64,000 nucleotides of DNA from Solirubrobacterales bacterium (lineage in GTDB: Bacteria > Actinomycetota > Thermoleophilia > Solirubrobacterales > 70-9): contig DASUMA010000011.1 of the NCBI GenBank assembly GCA_036277915.1, positions 7,538 to 71,537 on the forward strand. Direction: 5' to 3'. The notes beneath the pieces are model-generated. The model did not search any database and was not told the origin of the DNA. It saw only the letters and a list, made by a program, of their open reading frames with translations. A program made the translations under genes and the position numbers. Shown piece after piece: positions 41,048 to 50,033 of this stretch; the stretch's first letter is position 1, and every line of letters begins with the position of its first letter.

Positions 41048-41896
41048 ATGGCTGAACGCTCGCATTCGCAGGTGTTTCGGGACGGGCTGCTCGAGGGGCA
41101 GGTCTGCGTCGTCTCCGGCGCCGGCAGCGGTTTCGGGCGCGAGACGGCACTGGAGCTGGCCCGCCTCGGTGCCGTCGTGGTCGGCTGCGGGCGGCGGCCG
41201 GAGCCCCTGGAGGAGACCTGCAAGCTCGCCGAGGGCCTGCCCGGCAGCGTCGAGTGCGAGCCGCTCGACATCCGCGAGGAGGAGCCGGTCGGTCGCTTCA
41301 TCGACGGCGTGCTCGAGCGCCACGGCCGCCTCGACCTGCTCGTCAACAACGCCGGCGGCCAGTTTCTCAGCCCGGCTGAGGCGATCACCCCGAAAGGCTT
41401 CAAGACGGTGATCGACCTCAATGTCCAGGGCACCTGGCTGATGACCCACGCGGCGGCGACCAAGGCCTTCATCCCGCAGCAGGGCGGCAAGATCCTCAGC
41501 GTCACCCTCTCTCCCCACAACGGGATGCCGGGAATGGTCCATTCCGGCGCCGCCCGGGCCGCGGTGGAGAACATGATGCGGACGCTCGGGGTCGAGTGGG
41601 CGCGGTTCGGGATCAAGACCTGCGCCCTGGCCGCGGGCCAGTTCGCGACCGAGACGCTGCTGACCAAGTACCCGAAAGAGGTCGTCGACAACGTTGCGCG
41701 CTCGATCCCGCTGCAGCGCACCGGTCGGGCCGAGGAGATGGCCTGGCTGGTCGCCTACCTGGCTTCGCCGGCCGGCGACTTCTACTCGGGGACGACGATC
41801 ACGATCGACGGCGCCCGCGACAACTGGGTCGGCCCCTGGCCGCCCGAGCGGATGGTCTCGGAGAGCGGCGAGCCGGTCTCCGAGGAGCGCCGCTAG
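41048..41896 (+). CDS. SDR-family oxidoreductase
   Basis: 282 aa containing VSGAGSGFGRETALELARLGAVVV, NNAG and the YxxxK-equivalent region. Confidence 0.88.
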   Translation: MAERSHSQVFRDGLLEGQVCVVSGAGSGFGRETALELARLGAVVVGCGRRPEPLEETCKLAEGLPGSVECEPLDIREEEPVGRFIDGVLERHGRLDLLVNNAGGQFLSPAEAITPKGFKTVIDLNVQGTWLMTHAAATKAFIPQQGGKILSVTLSPHNGMPGMVHSGAARAAVENMMRTLGVEWARFGIKTCALAAGQFATETLLTKYPKEVVDNVARSIPLQRTGRAEEMAWLVAYLASPAGDFYSGTTITIDGARDNWVGPWPPERMVSESGEPVSEERR

Positions 41897-42291
41897 CGCG
41901 GCTCCAGCACGACCAGCGGGATCTCGCGGTCGGTGCGGGCCCGGTAGTCCTCGTAGCCGTGGTAGGCGGCGACCGCCAGGTCCCAGAGCCGGTCGCGCTC
42001 CTCGGGGGCGGCGACGCGGGCGTGGACCGGCACCTGCTTGGAGCCGATCTGCACGCTCGTGTCCGGGTTGGCCATGAGGTTGTGGAACCAGGCCGGGTTC
42101 TTCGGGAAGCCGCCTTTGGAGGCGACGATGACGACGTTCTCGCCGTCCTTCACATAGAGCAGGGGGGAGGTGCGCTTAGTGCCGCTCTTGGCGCCGACGT
42201 GGTCGAGCAGCAGCATCTTGCCGGGCACACCGGGGATGGTGTGCCCCAGGCGCCCACCCGTCCTCTGGTAGAGGAACGTGTGGACGCCCAT
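41893..42291 (-). CDS. nitroreductase-family deazaflavin (F420)-dependent oxidoreductase (DDN-like)
   Basis: 132 aa from the ATG at 42291. Contains LLLDHVGAKSGTKRTSPLLYVKDGENVVIVASKGGFPKNPAWFHNL. Confidence 0.82.
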   Translation of the reverse strand: MGVHTFLYQRTGGRLGHTIPGVPGKMLLLDHVGAKSGTKRTSPLLYVKDGENVVIVASKGGFPKNPAWFHNLMANPDTSVQIGSKQVPVHARVAAPEERDRLWDLAVAAYHGYEDYRARTDREIPLVVLEPR

Positions 42292-42368
42292 GAAGCGGCG
42301 GGTGGCAGGCCAGATCTTGTCCGCGACGTCGAGGTAGCGGGGCGGCCTGCGGCTTGTCGCCGTCTGGC

Positions 42369-43199
42369 TCAGGTGTACATCCCCCCGAACATGCCGCCGG
42401 TGACGTTGAGCACCTGGCCGTGCATGTAGTTGGCCATCGGCGAGGCGAGGAAGAGGACCGGGCCGGAGGCCTCGGTCGGGGTCGCGGCGCGGCCGAGCGG
42501 GATCACGGCCTGGGCCATCGCCCGCATCTGCTCGGGGATGCCAAGCTCGATCTTCTCGCCGCTGGGGGCGGTCATCTCGCCACCGGACTCTTTGGCGGCG
42601 GTGAGGCGGGTTTCGACGAAGCCGAAGGCGACGGCGTTGACGTTGATCTTGAACTGGCCCCACTCCTTGGCCAGCGTTTTGGTCACGCCGACGACGCCCA
42701 TCTTCGCGGCCGAGTAGTTGACCTGGCCGGCGTTGCCCATCATCCCCGAGGTCGAGGAGACGTTGATCAGCTTGCGGAAGACCTCCTGGCCCTCGTTGCG
42801 CTCGGCCTTGGCCGCCTCGCGCCAGTGCGGGGCGAGCGCCCGGGCGACGCGGAAGGGGGCGATCGTGTGGATGTCCAGCATCGCCTGGAACTGCTCGTCG
42901 GTCATCTTGTGGGCGACGCCGTCCCAGGTGTAGCCGGCGTTGTTGACGGCGATGTCGACCGTGCCGAAGGCGTCGACCGCGGCGGCGACGAGGTCGTCGG
43001 CGGCACCCTCCTTGGTCAGGTCACCGGCGAAGACGGCGGTCTCGCCGTCGATCTCGCTGGCTGCCTGCTCGGCGACGTCGGCGTCGAGGTCGTTGATCAG
43101 AACCTTGGCGCCCTCGCCGATGAACAGTTCCGCGGTGGCGCGTCCGATGCCTCGCGCCGAGCCGGTGACGATCGCAGCTTTACCGTCCAGAAGTCCCAT
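42369..43199 (-). CDS. SDR-family oxidoreductase (FabG-like)
   Basis: 276 aa containing AAIVTGSARGIGRATA, NNAG and YSAAKMGVVG. Confidence 0.9.
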   Translation of the reverse strand: MGLLDGKAAIVTGSARGIGRATAELFIGEGAKVLINDLDADVAEQAASEIDGETAVFAGDLTKEGAADDLVAAAVDAFGTVDIAVNNAGYTWDGVAHKMTDEQFQAMLDIHTIAPFRVARALAPHWREAAKAERNEGQEVFRKLINVSSTSGMMGNAGQVNYSAAKMGVVGVTKTLAKEWGQFKINVNAVAFGFVETRLTAAKESGGEMTAPSGEKIELGIPEQMRAMAQAVIPLGRAATPTEASGPVLFLASPMANYMHGQVLNVTGGMFGGMYT

Positions 43200-43284
43200 C
43201 TCAAGCCTTCTCCTCGTAGGTAAGTGGTTCGTGAAGCCGGCCGCGGAGGCTACACGGATCGGTGCGATCTCGACGCCTGGCTGA

Positions 43285-43707
43285 TTAGCCAGTCAGTCTT
43301 ACGGAGCCGTCGTCCTCGACCGTCCAGTACGGGTTGTGGGCGATCTCCCAGGGGTGCCCGTCGGGGTCGAGGAAGGCGCCGCTGTAGCCGCCCCAGAAGG
43401 TCTCGGCCGGCTCGCGTCCGATCGTCGCCCCCGCCGCCCGCGCCTCCTCGATCGCCGCATCGACCTCCGCCGGGGAGCCGAAGTTGAGCGCCAGGGTGAT
43501 CCCGCCCCAGCCTGGGGAGTCCTCGACGCAGCTGTCCTCGGCCAGTCTGGCGCGGTCCCAGAGGGCGAGAACCATGTCGCCCGCCTGGAAGAAGGCGACG
43601 TCGGCGCCGGGCTCGGCCTCGGTCGTCCACCCGAGCGCTTCGTAGAAGCCGCGGGAGCGGTCGAGGTCGGCGACGCCGAGGGTGACAAGGCTGACGCGCT
43701 GCTTCAC
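43285..43707 (-). CDS. VOC (glyoxalase/bleomycin-resistance) family protein
   Basis: 140 aa from the GTG at 43707. Contains VSLVTLGVADLDRSRGFYEALGW and FLDPDGHPWEIAHNP. Confidence 0.85.
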   Translation of the reverse strand: MKQRVSLVTLGVADLDRSRGFYEALGWTTEAEPGADVAFFQAGDMVLALWDRARLAEDSCVEDSPGWGGITLALNFGSPAEVDAAIEEARAAGATIGREPAETFWGGYSGAFLDPDGHPWEIAHNPYWTVEDDGSVRLTG

Positions 43708-43746
43708 GGCTCGGATTCTGCCAGGCGGCCGGATACGGTTGACGAA

Positions 43747-44436
43747 ATGGGCGACCTCGGTGGGATCTTCGTGCTTGCCCTCGCGGCGATGTTCAACCCG
43801 ACGCTGCTGGCAGCGACCACGATCATGATGCTGCTGCCGAACACGAAAAAGCTGATGCTCGGCTACCTGCTCGGTGCCTACCTGACGAGCATCACCCTCG
43901 GGCTCCTGATCGTCTTTACGCTGAATGGGTCGGGCAGCGTCAACACCGCCCGCAGCACGCTCAGCCCGATCCAGGATCTGGTCGTGGGCGCGCTGCTGCT
44001 GACCGTCGGGCTGGTGCTGCGGACCGGCAGGGTGGAGCAAGCGCGGGAGCGGCGGCGGCAGCGCAAGGCGGCGGAGCCGAAGAAGGAATCGTGGCCGGAG
44101 CGGATGCTGGGGCGCGGCTCGGCCCGGGTCACCTTCGCTGTAGGGGCGGCGCTGACCCTGCCAGGGGTCTCCTACCTGGCCGCGCTCGACCGCATCGCCG
44201 ACCTCGACGCCCCGGCCCTGCCGACGGCGCTGATCGTGATCGTCGTCTGCCTGATCCAGCAGATGCTGCTGGAGCTGCCGCTGATCGGGTACGCGACGGC
44301 GCCGGAGTGGACCGAAGGCGCGGTCGCCCGCTTCCGCGACTGGCTCGCGCGCAACGGGCGCCGCGCCGCCGCCAACGTCGCGGTCGTGCTCGGCGCTCTG
44401 CTGATCGTGCGCGGCCTGATCGACCTGCTGAGCTGA
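43747..44436 (+). CDS. GAP/Sap-like integral membrane protein
   Basis: 229 aa from the ATG at 43747, multi-pass (FVLALAAMFNPTLLAATTIMMLL...). The family name is from memory. Confidence 0.7.
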   Translation: MGDLGGIFVLALAAMFNPTLLAATTIMMLLPNTKKLMLGYLLGAYLTSITLGLLIVFTLNGSGSVNTARSTLSPIQDLVVGALLLTVGLVLRTGRVEQARERRRQRKAAEPKKESWPERMLGRGSARVTFAVGAALTLPGVSYLAALDRIADLDAPALPTALIVIVVCLIQQMLLELPLIGYATAPEWTEGAVARFRDWLARNGRRAAANVAVVLGALLIVRGLIDLLS

Positions 44437-44443
44437 GCGTCGC

Positions 44444-44866
44444 TCAGAGCTGGCCGACGCTGGCTAGGTACTCGTCGAGCTTCTTCGCCCTCTGGGTGTC
44501 CTCGTAGACCTCGTAGTCGCGCAGAAGGCCCCAGGCCAGGTGCCCCCAGATCACGTACCGGTTCTCGTAGATCCGCTCCCCCGCCGGGGTGTCGAGGTAA
44601 TCGGTGCCGCGGATGCAGATCGTCTGCTTCCAGGGCCAGCCCTTCAGCACCACCTCGTCGGGGGAGATCTGGATCCCGGCGTCGGCGAAGCGCTGCAGCC
44701 AGGGCCGCAGCTGCTCCTTGCCCTGCAGCTCGGTCGCCCAGGAGCTGTCGCCCGGGAACCGGAACCTGACGTCCTTGGCGTCCATCTTCAGCGTCGGCTC
44801 GATATCCCCGGCGCTCGCCCGCTCCATGTTGCGGGCGATCATCTTCTTGGCCAGCCACGAAAGCAT
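44444..44866 (-). CDS. NTF2-like (SnoaL-type) domain protein
   Basis: 140 aa from the ATG at 44866, with GAGGAGG upstream. The rest of the 315-aa ORF is Arg/Pro junk. Confidence 0.7.
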   Translation of the reverse strand: MLSWLAKKMIARNMERASAGDIEPTLKMDAKDVRFRFPGDSSWATELQGKEQLRPWLQRFADAGIQISPDEVVLKGWPWKQTICIRGTDYLDTPAGERIYENRYVIWGHLAWGLLRDYEVYEDTQRAKKLDEYLASVGQL

Positions 44867-44922
44867 CCGCGCCTCCTCGGGTTGGGTACGGGGACGGTAG
44901 CGCTGGTTGGGTCGGGGAGGAG

Positions 44923-45366
44923 CTAGCTCGTCGCCGAGGCGGTGATCGCGGCGAGCTCGCGCGGCCCCAGCAGGGCAACCAGGGTCGAGCCGTCGACGAT
45001 CGCCAGGCCGCCCTTGCGCAGCTTCGCCTTGGCGCCGGTGAGACGGGCGACCTCGTCGGAGAAGTCGGGCTCGTGGCCGACCAGGAGGACGGTCCCGCGG
45101 CCGGCGGAGAGGGAGAGGGCGTCGAAGGCGCCGCCGGCGAGCTCGGCGGCGGTCTCCGGCACGAGGCCGAGCGCGTCGCAGGCGAGCCGGGCGGTCTCGG
45201 CGGCGCGCACCCGGGGGCTGGTGAGGCAGGCGTCGATGGAGGCGCCGAGGACGGCGAGCGCTGAGCCGGCGAAACGCGCCTGGCGCTCGCCCTTGGTCGT
45301 CAGGCGGCGGGCTGCATCGTCGCCGTTTCCGTCTTCCGCGTCCCCGTGTCGGAGCAGGTAGATCAC
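44923..45366 (-). CDS. sixA: histidine phosphatase family protein (SixA-like)
   Basis: 147 aa from the GTG at 45366. Contains VIYLLRHGDA (RHG catalytic motif) and LLVGHEPDFS. Confidence 0.82.
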   Translation of the reverse strand: MIYLLRHGDAEDGNGDDAARRLTTKGERQARFAGSALAVLGASIDACLTSPRVRAAETARLACDALGLVPETAAELAGGAFDALSLSAGRGTVLLVGHEPDFSDEVARLTGAKAKLRKGGLAIVDGSTLVALLGPRELAAITASATS

Positions 45367-45429
45367 GCCTGGATCGTAGGTGGACCCCCACCGGTCAGGG
45401 GGGTTGATCGATTTCGTCCGACGGCCGAT

Positions 45430-46158
45430 ATGGCTACTATGCCCCGCTTCATGCCCTTGCCCCTTGGCCGCAGTCTCATCGCCACGGTGCTCACGGCGCT
45501 CGCCCTTCTCCTGGTCCCGAGCGCCGCGAATCCGGCTGGCCAGATCGTCGTCTACGGAGCCTCTTCGGGCTCGACGCTGACCCTGTCCACGGACGGGAGC
45601 CGGATCCTCGTCAAGGGGACCATGGCCCGCAGGGCGCCCGAGGGCTGCAAGATGAAGGTCCACCACCGGCTTGCCGTCTGCCCGCTCAAGGGCGCCAGCT
45701 CGGTCCAGGTCGTGATGGGCCCGTCGGGCGACTTCGTCCAGGTCGCAGACCCGCTGCCGCTCTCGCTGACCGTCTACCTCGGCGCCGGCTCGGACAAGTT
45801 CATCGGCAACGCCGAGCAGGACACCTGCTATCCCGAAGGCGCCCGCCGCAACCGCTGCGTCGGCGGCCCCGGCGACGACGTCTGCATCACCGGCGAGGAC
45901 AACAGCGACTGTGTCGGCGGCCCCGGCCAGGACTACTGCCGCCACGGCAACGGCAGCGACGGCTGCTGGGGAGGTCCCGGCGACGACATCTGCGTGATGG
46001 GCGCCGGCCAAGACGGCTGCCACGGCGAAGAGGGCAACGACCGCCTCTACGGCGGTCCCAACCCCGACCAGCTCTACGGCGGCCCCGGCTTCGACTACTG
46101 CGACGGCGGCCCCGGCTGGGGCAAGTCCCACGAGTGCGACGAGGGCCCGCGGCGCTGA
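45430..46158 (+). CDS. secreted Cys-rich protein with RTX-like GGxGxD repeats
   Basis: Signal peptide MATMPRFMPLPLGRSLIATVLTALALLLVPSAA. Repeats of the type C-x-GGPG-x-D-x-C: CVGGPGDDVC, CVGGPGQDYC, CWGGPGDDIC and YGGPGFDYC. Confidence 0.8.
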   Translation: MATMPRFMPLPLGRSLIATVLTALALLLVPSAANPAGQIVVYGASSGSTLTLSTDGSRILVKGTMARRAPEGCKMKVHHRLAVCPLKGASSVQVVMGPSGDFVQVADPLPLSLTVYLGAGSDKFIGNAEQDTCYPEGARRNRCVGGPGDDVCITGEDNSDCVGGPGQDYCRHGNGSDGCWGGPGDDICVMGAGQDGCHGEEGNDRLYGGPNPDQLYGGPGFDYCDGGPGWGKSHECDEGPRR

Positions 46159-46178
46159 GCGCGCCCCCCAGACCAGCC

Positions 46179-47459
46179 CTAGGAAGTCCGCGCGTGGTGT
46201 AGGAGCCAGCCCGAGGAGGTCAGGGAGATCGTGCGGCGGCGCTGATCCCGATCGTCGACGGTGCTCAAGACCAGGTTGGCATCCTCAAGGTCCTTCACGT
46301 GCGGGCGCATTGCCATGGGAGTGTTGAAGCCGAAGCTCTCGTGATCCCCGGGGGAGCAGGACCCGCCCATCTCGATGAGGTCGTTGAAGACCTTCCAAGC
46401 TCTCGGCCTCACGCTTCGCGCTGCCTCCTGAAACTTCCCGGCTTGCAGGGCGAGCCAGTCGTCGAGGAGCCGGAGGCGGGCCTGTGGAGAGGTGGGCAGG
46501 TGACTCTTCTCGTCCAGCCAAAATGAAAACGCCTCGCACTGCTTCAGCGCATCTCTGAGATTGTGGTTGAGCGCCTCGTAGATGAACTTGAAGCCTTTCT
46601 CGTCTACCGGGAGGAAGAAGTCCTCGCTCATCGCGTAGCAGTCGATTCGCCTGCCGACGACCTCGGGGACGTCCGAGCTGGCGATCGGCCCCAGCTCCAT
46701 GGGGTCGCCGAGGATGCCGTTGAGGCGAGGAGATGCCGCTGCGCTCCGCACGATCCCCCTTGCTCCGCAGAGAACCCACTTGAGGCCGGGGACATTGAGC
46801 AAGGAGTCGCGCAGCATCTCGAGGAAGGTGCGCGCGGAATGAGACGTTTCCAGCAGCTCCAGGTTGTCGAGCACGCAGACAAATCCCCCTGCCTGCGATG
46901 AGGGAAAGCACTCCGACAGCCATTCGTTGACCGTCGCGGCAAAGCCGTCCTCCGCGAATCCGCGGGCGTCATTCGGGGTGCCTGATCGATTGACACCAGC
47001 GCCACCGGGCAGGCTCACCCCAGTCCCATGGAACAACGGCGACTTGAGCCATGCGTGAAGACCCCCGTAGTCGGGGACGGACAGCCCCGCCGCCTTGAGA
47101 GTGTCGTAGTGGTGAGCAAATGCTCGAACCACCGCGTAGTAGACGCTTTGACGAAAGGATCCCGGTGCGGTTGCAGGCGTGATCTGAAAGACGTCGTCGA
47201 GCGGCAGGAACACCTGTCCCGTACGGTTGGTTTCCGCTCCTCTTTTCGCGATGTAGGCGGTGACCTGAACCAGGCTCGTCTTGCCGACCCCGTTTGCACC
47301 CTCGATGGTGGGGTGGGTCTCTGAAGAGGTGATCAGGCGATGGAGGCGGTTGGCTGCTCCCTCTCGGCCAACGAGAAGTTCGGCGCCTTCCTCGGTGGGA
47401 GGGATCGCTTTGGTGCTATACGGATTCTCCCGGAATCCGTATTCATTCCAGAGGGTCAT
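46179..47459 (-). CDS. ORC/Cdc6-like P-loop NTPase with C-terminal MarR-like winged helix, reduced-GC gene
   Basis: 426 aa. LVGRE precedes Walker A GANGVGKTS (nt 47274-47300). Walker B-like FVCVLDNLE. C-terminal wHTH-like HVKDLEDANLVLSTVDDRDQRRRTISLTSSG. Many A/T-ending codons. Confidence 0.85.
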   Translation of the reverse strand: MTLWNEYGFRENPYSTKAIPPTEEGAELLVGREGAANRLHRLITSSETHPTIEGANGVGKTSLVQVTAYIAKRGAETNRTGQVFLPLDDVFQITPATAPGSFRQSVYYAVVRAFAHHYDTLKAAGLSVPDYGGLHAWLKSPLFHGTGVSLPGGAGVNRSGTPNDARGFAEDGFAATVNEWLSECFPSSQAGGFVCVLDNLELLETSHSARTFLEMLRDSLLNVPGLKWVLCGARGIVRSAAASPRLNGILGDPMELGPIASSDVPEVVGRRIDCYAMSEDFFLPVDEKGFKFIYEALNHNLRDALKQCEAFSFWLDEKSHLPTSPQARLRLLDDWLALQAGKFQEAARSVRPRAWKVFNDLIEMGGSCSPGDHESFGFNTPMAMRPHVKDLEDANLVLSTVDDRDQRRRTISLTSSGWLLHHARTS

Positions 47460-47509
47460 TCACCGCGAGGGTACCGTGACAAGGCGTCACAAATACCTAA
47501 ATGCGAATC

Positions 47510-48688
47510 TCAGAGCCCCATCGTCTTGCCGACGATCTCCTTCATGATCTCGTCGGTGCCGCCGCCGATGGGGCCGAGGCGGGCGTCGCGGACGGCGCGC
47601 TCGATGCCGTACTCGCGCATGTAGCCGTAGCCGCCGTGGATCTGGAGGGACTGGTCGGCGATCTCGAGGACGGCGCGTTGGGTGACGAGCTTGGCCATGC
47701 TGACCTCGCGGATGCAGTCTTGGCCGGTGTGGAAGAGGCGCAGGGCGTTGTAGGTGAGTGTGCGGGCGGCCTCGGCGCTGGTCGCCATCTCCGCCACCTG
47801 GTGGCGGATCGCCTGGAACTTGCCGATCGGGCGGCCGAAGGCTTCGCGCTCGGTGGCGTAGGCGACGGTGGTCTCTATGAGGCGCTGCATGGCGCCGACG
47901 GCGCCGATCGCCATCAGCAGCCGCTCCCAGGCGAAGTTGGCCATGATCAGCTTGAAGCCGCCGTTCTCCTCGCCGAGCAGGTTCTCGGCCGGCACCTCGA
48001 CGTCGGTGAAGGCGAGCTCGCCGGTGTCGGATGAGTGCCAGCCCATCTTCTCCAGCTTCTGCGCCACCTCGTAGCCGGGCATCTCGCGCTCGAGGACGAG
48101 GAAGGAGATGCCGCCGTGGCCGCCGTCCTCGGTCGTCTTGCAGGCGCAGACGAGGAAGTCGGCGCGGACGCCGTTGGTGATGAAGGTCTTGGCGCCGTTG
48201 ACGACGTAGTGGTCGCCGTCGCGGCGGGCGGTGGTGGAGATGCCGGCGACGTCGGAGCCCGCGCCCGGCTCGGTGATCCCCAGCGCGCCGATCTTCTCGC
48301 CGGCGATTCCCGACACCAGCCAGCGCTGCTTCTGCTCCTCGGTGCCGAAGTTGAAGACCGGCGGCAGCGCGATCGAGGCGTGGGCGTTGAGCCCGGCGGC
48401 GACGCCGCCGGAGCCGCCGGAGCGGGCCAGCTCCTCGACCCAGACCGCGTCGTGCAGGTGGGTCCCGCCCTGGCCCCCGTACTCCTCGGGGAACTTCAGC
48501 CCGAGGAAGCCGAGCTCGGCGCAGCGCGAGTAGAGCTCTCGCGGGAATTCCCGCGCCGCCTCCCACTCGTCGACGTTCGGAGCGATCTCCTTGGCGACGA
48601 AGCGAGTGACGGTCTCCCGCAGCTCCTCGTGCTCGTCCCCGAACGGGGGCAGCGTCGCCCGCGCCCCCGTGTCTTTGACGACCGTCAT
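47510..48688 (-). CDS. acyl-CoA dehydrogenase
   Basis: 392 aa containing ITEPGAGSDVAG and QIHGGYGYMREYGIER. Confidence 0.93.
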   Translation of the reverse strand: MTVVKDTGARATLPPFGDEHEELRETVTRFVAKEIAPNVDEWEAAREFPRELYSRCAELGFLGLKFPEEYGGQGGTHLHDAVWVEELARSGGSGGVAAGLNAHASIALPPVFNFGTEEQKQRWLVSGIAGEKIGALGITEPGAGSDVAGISTTARRDGDHYVVNGAKTFITNGVRADFLVCACKTTEDGGHGGISFLVLEREMPGYEVAQKLEKMGWHSSDTGELAFTDVEVPAENLLGEENGGFKLIMANFAWERLLMAIGAVGAMQRLIETTVAYATEREAFGRPIGKFQAIRHQVAEMATSAEAARTLTYNALRLFHTGQDCIREVSMAKLVTQRAVLEIADQSLQIHGGYGYMREYGIERAVRDARLGPIGGGTDEIMKEIVGKTMGL

Positions 48689-48733
48689 GGGCGACTTTGT
48701 TTCCCTATGGCGAACAAACTCGCCCCGCGAGCC

Positions 48734-49945
48734 CTAGAGCCCGTAGCTGCGGCCGATCACGTCCAGCATCACCTCGTCGGTGCCGGCACCGATCCGGTTG
48801 AGGCGGACGTCGCGGTAGGCGCGCTCGATCTCGTACTCCTTCATGTAGCCGTAGCCGCCGAGGATCTGGACGCACTCGTCGGCGACCTCGCAGGCGATCC
48901 GCGAGGCGAAGAGCTTCGCCATCGTGATCTCCCGCACCGGGTACTCGCCGTTGCCGAAGCGCCAGGCGGTGGAGTAGGTGAACTGCTTCGCCGCCTCGGT
49001 CTTGGTCGCCATCTCGGCGAACTTGTGGCGGATCGCCTGGAACTTGCCGATCGGGCGGCCGAACGCCTCGCGCTCCTGGGCGTAGGTGAGGGTCTTCTCG
49101 ATCATCCGCTCCGCCCCCGCGTGGCAGCCGGCGGCGGCGACCAGCCGCTCGCCCTGGAGCTCCCAGGCGATGTGGTAGAAGCCCTTGCCGACCTCGCCGA
49201 GCACGGCGTCGGCCGGGACGCGGACGTCTTCGAAGGCGAGTTCGCCGGTGTCGGAGGCGTGCATCCCCATCTTCTCCAGCTCGGCGGAGACGCTGAAGCC
49301 GGGGACCTTCTCGCCCTTCTCGTCCTTCAGATCGACGACGAACAGGGTGATGCCCGCGTGGCGCTCGCCCGGGTCGGTCTTGCAGACGAGGACGATGAAG
49401 TCGGCCCGCGGCCCGTTGGTGATGAAGGTCTTGGAGCCGTTGATCACGTATTCGTCGCCGTCGCGGATCGCCGTGGTGCGGATCCCGGCGACGTCGGAGC
49501 CGGCGCCCGGCTCGGTGATCCCGAGGCTGCCGACCTTGTCGCCCTTCAGGCCCGGCTCGAGGTACTTGCGCTTCTGCTCATCGGTGCCGAGCAGGTGGAT
49601 CGGGGGGAGGACCATGTCGGTCTGGACCGCGAAGCCCATGTTGGTGCCGCCGGAGCCGGAGTAGGACATGCACTCGGCCCGGACCAGCGAGTAGAAGTAG
49701 TCGCCGCCCTGGCCGCCGTACTCCTCCGGGAAGCAGAGGCCGAGGAAGCCGAGCTCGCCGGCCCGCTTCATCTTCTCGGTCGGCCAGTAGGTGTCCTCCC
49801 ACTCGTTGCGGTGGGGCCACAGCTCCTTTTCAACCCAGGACTGCATCGACTCGCGCAGGTCTTCGTGCTCCTGGCTGAAGATGAAGTGCTTGCGCCCGGC
49901 TTCGTGATCGGGCTTGATGACGTTGGAGCTGGTTGCGGTCGCCAC
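48734..49945 (-). CDS. acyl-CoA dehydrogenase
   Basis: 403 aa with GTG start and GGAGGAG upstream. Contains ITEPGAGSDVAG and QILGGYGYMKEYEIER. Confidence 0.93.
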   Translation of the reverse strand: MATATSSNVIKPDHEAGRKHFIFSQEHEDLRESMQSWVEKELWPHRNEWEDTYWPTEKMKRAGELGFLGLCFPEEYGGQGGDYFYSLVRAECMSYSGSGGTNMGFAVQTDMVLPPIHLLGTDEQKRKYLEPGLKGDKVGSLGITEPGAGSDVAGIRTTAIRDGDEYVINGSKTFITNGPRADFIVLVCKTDPGERHAGITLFVVDLKDEKGEKVPGFSVSAELEKMGMHASDTGELAFEDVRVPADAVLGEVGKGFYHIAWELQGERLVAAAGCHAGAERMIEKTLTYAQEREAFGRPIGKFQAIRHKFAEMATKTEAAKQFTYSTAWRFGNGEYPVREITMAKLFASRIACEVADECVQILGGYGYMKEYEIERAYRDVRLNRIGAGTDEVMLDVIGRSYGL

Positions 49946-50033
49946 GGTTTCTCTCCTCCGATTGGAATCCCGAATTGCGAGTAGACAGTAGCACTTCCCA
50001 CTTTCAGCGCCGACTCGTTATTGTTGCCCGCGG

